Origin: Phycisphaerales bacterium
GTDB taxonomy: Bacteria; Planctomycetota; Phycisphaerae; Phycisphaerales; UBA1924
Assembly: GCA_040221175.1 (NCBI GenBank)
Contig: JAVJVK010000004.1
Span: 416,268-480,267 of the forward strand
Reading direction: 5' to 3'
DNA length: 64,000 nt
Below the pieces are notes generated by a model. It did no database searches. It saw only the letters and a list, made by a program, of their open reading frames with translations, and was not told the DNA's origin. Made by a program: the position numbers and the translations under genes. Shown here in pieces: positions 60,336 through 64,000 of this stretch. The stretch's first letter is position 1. Every line of letters starts with the position of its first letter.

Positions 60336-61607
60336 ATGCACCATCCGTCCATCGCACCCACGCTGGCCCTGGCCGGTTCACTCGTTCTCGCATCGGCCGG
60401 CTTCGCCGATCCCGACCCAACCCCCACCACGCCCCTTATCGAAGTCTTTAAGCCCATCTGCGCCGGGGCCCGCCCACCGCAGGCGACCATCGACGCCATC
60501 GGCGCGCGGCACGCGGCGGGCATGCAGGGGGCCGACCGGACCATCATCGTCCCGACCACCGACGCCGGGCTGCGCCTGCGCTTCGAGGTCGCCGGCCCCG
60601 CGCCCGCCGGCACGACCGAGGCGCTCGCCGCCATCGCCGACCTGTACGCCGGGATCGTCGCCGACGACGTCGAGCTGACCATCGAGATCCTCTTCGAGCC
60701 GCTGGGGACGATCCACGGCCTTCCAATCCTCGGCGCGGCGGGCGACAGCTACCGCTCGCTGCCCTACGCGGCGGTGCGCGCCACGCTGATCGACACGATG
60801 GACGGCGACGACGTGATCGAGGCGAGCCTGCCCGACACCACCTCGCTGCGCATCATCTACGGATTGGAGCCCGGCGCGCGTACCGAGGACCGCGACGCGC
60901 TGCTCACCGGCGTGGCGCTCCGCGCGCTGCTGGACGGCCAGGCGCCCGCGCCGCTGCCGGTCTCGCTCAGCTCGACCGCGCCGTGGGACACCGATCCGGC
61001 CGACGGCGTGGCGCCCGATTCATACTGCCTGCGCAGCGTGATGGCGCACGAGATCGGGCACGTCCTGGGCTTTCAGTCCAACGTCGACCTGCTCTTCGGC
61101 GCGACGCTGCTTCCGCTGGACATCTACCGCTTCCGCCAGAGCGACGACGGGGCCGACCTCAACCCGGACACCTACGCCCGGTTCATGACCGCCCCGCGGA
61201 CGGTGTACTTCGACGCCCCCGGCGCGCCCGACCAGGACGAGGCCATCCTCGACTTCATCGCCGCCGAGATCCCCATGGCCGACGGCGAACCCTGGCAGGG
61301 CTCGCACCTGCGAAAGATGGATCCGCCCCTCGGCGCCATGGACCCGGACATCGTCGGGGGCGAGACGGATTACCCCGGCTACCTCACCGCCGCCGACCTG
61401 CGGCCGCTGGACGCCCTGGGCTGGACGATCACCCTGGCGTGCCCGGCCGACTGCGACGGCTCTGGCACGCTGGACTTCTTCGACTTCCTGTGCTTCCAGG
61501 ACGCATTCGACGCCGGCGATCCTTCGGCCGACCTGGACGGCGACGGGGTGCTGACGGTCTTCGACTTCCTCGCGTTCCAGAACGCGTTCGACGCGGGCTG
61601 CGGGTGA
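60336..61607 (+). CDS. Secreted zinc metalloprotease (HExxH-LGF motif) with a C-terminal GC-type dockerin-like module
   Basis: Signal peptide 'MHHPSIAPTLALAGSLVLASAGFA'. 'CLRSVMAHEIGHVLGFQSN'. C-terminus 'CPADCDGSGTLDFFDFLCFQDAFDAGDPSADLDGDGVLTVFDFLAFQNAFDAGCG'. Confidence 0.7.
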   Translation: MHHPSIAPTLALAGSLVLASAGFADPDPTPTTPLIEVFKPICAGARPPQATIDAIGARHAAGMQGADRTIIVPTTDAGLRLRFEVAGPAPAGTTEALAAIADLYAGIVADDVELTIEILFEPLGTIHGLPILGAAGDSYRSLPYAAVRATLIDTMDGDDVIEASLPDTTSLRIIYGLEPGARTEDRDALLTGVALRALLDGQAPAPLPVSLSSTAPWDTDPADGVAPDSYCLRSVMAHEIGHVLGFQSNVDLLFGATLLPLDIYRFRQSDDGADLNPDTYARFMTAPRTVYFDAPGAPDQDEAILDFIAAEIPMADGEPWQGSHLRKMDPPLGAMDPDIVGGETDYPGYLTAADLRPLDALGWTITLACPADCDGSGTLDFFDFLCFQDAFDAGDPSADLDGDGVLTVFDFLAFQNAFDAGCG

Positions 61608-61624
61608 GCCCGACCGGGCGCGCC

Positions 61625-62482
61625 TCAGCCGTCGGTCTGCAGGACCGCGTCGGCGGGCGGGTCGAAGTCCGCCTCGTCCAGCGTGTTCACGCGCACGAGC
61701 GTGGCTTTGAGGTCGAACACCTCGTCGCCCAGCCAGAAGCCGTCGACCCGGACACGGTGGAACATCTTCAGGCCGTTGCCGCCCTCGACCTCGCGCCAGT
61801 CGCTGAAGGCCATGTACAGCGGCTCGGTGGGCAGCCCCTGCGTCAGCCCCACGGGCCGCCCGGTCTGCGCGTCGTAGTGGGAGCGGTGCATCGGGTCATC
61901 CGGATCGGGCTCGGCCGTAAACGAGAGCACGGCGGTCTGCTGGCCCTTGAACGCCAGATCGTGCATCCGCTCGAGCGGGGCCGCGCCATCGTCGTGGCTG
62001 TTGGTCGGGTTGATGACCGCCAGCGGGAGCGAGGTGAACTCCAGCACCTGGCCGGCCATCTCGTTCCAGCCGTACTCCAGTTCGGGATCCATCACGTAGA
62101 GCTCGGCCGGCTCGCCCTCCATCGACCGCCAGTAGCGTTCGCCGTTGACGCCGAACTGCCCCGAGTCCGGGCCGAGCACCATGTCGTAGAACGCCGGCCC
62201 CGATCGCGACCACCGGAGGTGGAACTCGATCGGATTGCCATCGCTCTGGCCCTCGAAGCGGACCTCCATCGTCCGGACGCCGTCGATAGCCTCCGCGCCG
62301 CCGACGAATGCGACGACCCGCTCGGCCACGGCTCGCGCCTCGGGCTCCATGGTTTCGAGCGCGGCCAGCGTGGGCGAGGGGCCGGCCTGGATCGATTCGT
62401 CCGCCTGATCGGGGCCGGTGTCGCAGCCGGTGGCGACCAGGGCCAGTCCCAGGATTATCGCAGCGATGGGTCTTGTGCGCAT
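61625..62482 (-). CDS. Hypothetical lipoprotein
   Basis: In-frame ATG 62482 gives 'MRTRPIAAIILGLALVATGCDTG', a lipobox LVATGC. The 61 codons of the track ORF upstream of this (to 62665) run through the 21-bp repeat array and are probably not translated. Confidence 0.55.
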   Translation of the reverse strand: MRTRPIAAIILGLALVATGCDTGPDQADESIQAGPSPTLAALETMEPEARAVAERVVAFVGGAEAIDGVRTMEVRFEGQSDGNPIEFHLRWSRSGPAFYDMVLGPDSGQFGVNGERYWRSMEGEPAELYVMDPELEYGWNEMAGQVLEFTSLPLAVINPTNSHDDGAAPLERMHDLAFKGQQTAVLSFTAEPDPDDPMHRSHYDAQTGRPVGLTQGLPTEPLYMAFSDWREVEGGNGLKMFHRVRVDGFWLGDEVFDLKATLVRVNTLDEADFDPPADAVLQTDG

Positions 62483-62530
62483 GGCCGATGCTATCTCGGC
62501 GGCGGCCCCCCGCCGCGGGACGCGAGCTTC

Positions 62531-62733
62531 ATATATGGTGGCGCGAGTTTCATATGTGGTGTCGCCGTTCTCACCCCTGAAACCCGCGCCGCCACATGGG
62601 AGGACGCCGCCACCACATGTGAGACCCGCGCCACCACCCATGAAGACCGCGCCGCCACATGTCAAACCCGCGCCACCACCCCTGAAGATGTCGTCACCAC
62701 ATATGAAACTCGCGCCACCACATATGAAACTCA
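62531..62733. repeat. Phased 21-bp repeat array: 2 inverted copies, a 6-nt spacer, 7 direct copies and a partial copy
   Basis: Direct units start at 62579, 62600, 62621, 62642, 62663, 62684 and 62705. Their consensus is GAAAC(C/T)CGCGCCACCACATAT; the last full unit reads gaaactcgcgccaccacatat. A partial unit (gaaactca) starts at 62726. Reverse-complement units lie at 62531-62551 (atatatggtggcgcgagtttc) and 62552-62572 (atatgtggtgtcgccgttctc). The array sits between divergently transcribed genes. Confidence 0.85.
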
Positions 62734-62872
62734 GACTTTCTGGGCTTCTTCGCGGATCGTGAACCCCACTGGCGGCATCGTCAGGCCTGTTTTTCCTATC
62801 AAGCCCCTATCAGATAGCAGCCGCCATCACGTTCGGCCCCGGTCCGCGCCCGCCGGCCGATAAACTCCGCCC

Positions 62873-63763
<891 letters not shown>

Positions 63764-63775
63764 GACGGCCGCGGG

Positions 63776-64000
63776 CTACTTCGAGTAGTCGAACACGCCG
63801 CGGCCGGTCTTGTTGCCCAATCGCCCGGCCGTCACGAGCTGCTCGAGCTTGGGGCATGGGCGGTAACGCTCGCTGTGCAGGCCGTCGGCCAGCACGTTCA
63901 TGATGTGGGCGCAGGTGTCCAGGCCGATGAAGTCCGCCAGTCGCAGCGGGCCCATCGGGTGGTTCATGCCCAGCTTCATGATCTCGTCGATGTGCTGCGG
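63776..64000 (-). CDS. 3-hydroxyacyl/3-hydroxybutyryl-CoA dehydrogenase, C-terminal part (gene continues beyond the window)
   Basis: '...[41 protein letters not shown]....[27 protein letters not shown]' is the C-terminal domain pattern of Hbd/FadB-type dehydrogenases. The reading frame is open to the window edge. Confidence 0.75.
   Translation of the reverse strand, partial: PQHIDEIMKLGMNHPMGPLRLADFIGLDTCAHIMNVLADGLHSERYRPCPKLEQLVTAGRLGNKTGRGVFDYSK

Noticed and set aside
62483-62665. Repeat array read as an N-terminal extension of the lipoprotein (track ORF 61625..62665) or as Pro-rich / 'TRATTYE' heptad-repeat ORFs on the plus strand
   Set aside because: A complete lipoprotein signal peptide with a lipobox begins at the internal Met (62482). 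The extension would bury that signal peptide. The plus-strand repeat ORFs have no start context and end before terC.
62531-62733. CRISPR array
   Set aside because: The 21-bp units are contiguous with no spacers, they are degenerate, and there are no cas genes.
62856-62863. Exact sigma-28 -10 consensus GCCGATAA, 9 nt before the terC ATG
   Set aside because: There is no TAAA-like -35 at the required 15-16 nt spacing, the gene is not flagellar, and the position would give an essentially leaderless mRNA. It is most likely a chance match.
62734-62872. yybP-ykoY (manganese) riboswitch upstream of the TerC-family gene
   Set aside because: TerC/Alx genes are often preceded by this riboswitch. I do not see its conserved GGGGAGUAG-type core or the four-way junction pairings in this 139-nt segment. 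A covariance-model scan would be decisive.

Overview
This is a GC-rich, densely packed bacterial chromosomal segment. Many adjacent genes share 1-4 nt start/stop overlaps, and several convergent gene pairs share or abut stop codons. I can support about 60 protein-coding genes, one tRNA-Thr(UGU), a few intrinsic terminators, several candidate regulatory sites and one intergenic tandem-repeat array.

Taxonomy is inference only. The gene content points to Planctomycetota, probably Phycisphaerae-like: two proteins with Cys-flanked double 'DGDG..L..FDFL.FQ' dockerin-type tails, a PEP-CTERM-like tail, a futalosine-pathway radical-SAM enzyme, a ~50-aa small basic protein, and a flagellum with L and P rings.

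Layout:
- 0.2-20.4 kb is housekeeping: tricorn-like protease, def-fmt, kdsB, pyrG, panC, gcvT, crcB and hmgA, plus hypothetical and secreted proteins.
- 20.5-34.6 kb is a co-directional late flagellar cluster: small ORF, flgF, flgG, flgA, flgH, flgI, a rod-binding flgJ-like gene, a flgN-like gene, flgK, flgL, fliW, csrA and two flagellins.
- 34.7-46.8 kb holds xerD, a futalosine-pathway (MqnC/MqnE-type) radical-SAM enzyme, a DUF971-recG-HTH operon, pyrF, a PEP-CTERM-like protein, an orphan nuoI, a small basic protein and an aminotransferase.
- 46.9-56.1 kb is one co-directional block: an HExxH secreted protein, a MoxR ATPase, a Cache/HAMP/PP2C phosphatase, a betaine-type ABC transporter and egtB-egtD.
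- 56.2-64.0 kb holds acs, gap, a dockerin-tailed metalloprotease, a lipoprotein, a 21-bp repeat array, terC and a partial 3-hydroxyacyl-CoA dehydrogenase.

I see no transposase, CRISPR array, rRNA or recognisable defence system.

The observations I consider most worth follow-up:
1. A phased 21-bp repeat array (two inverted plus seven direct copies) in the divergent lipoprotein/terC intergenic region.
2. Three sigma-54-type TGGCACGCCAG... elements inside the flagellar cluster.
3. The FliW/CsrA module, with a conserved 13-mer over both flagellin ribosome-binding sites and a CsrA about twice the usual length.
4. The HExxH-MoxR-PP2C operon, which lacks the usual VWA/DUF58 partners.
5. A betaine/ergothioneine-type ABC transporter directly upstream of egtBD.
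6. An untracked 51-codon small basic protein gene.

Many of the long ORFs in the supplied track are antisense or alternate-frame artefacts of the high GC content. All product calls come from motif recognition by eye. No searches were run.
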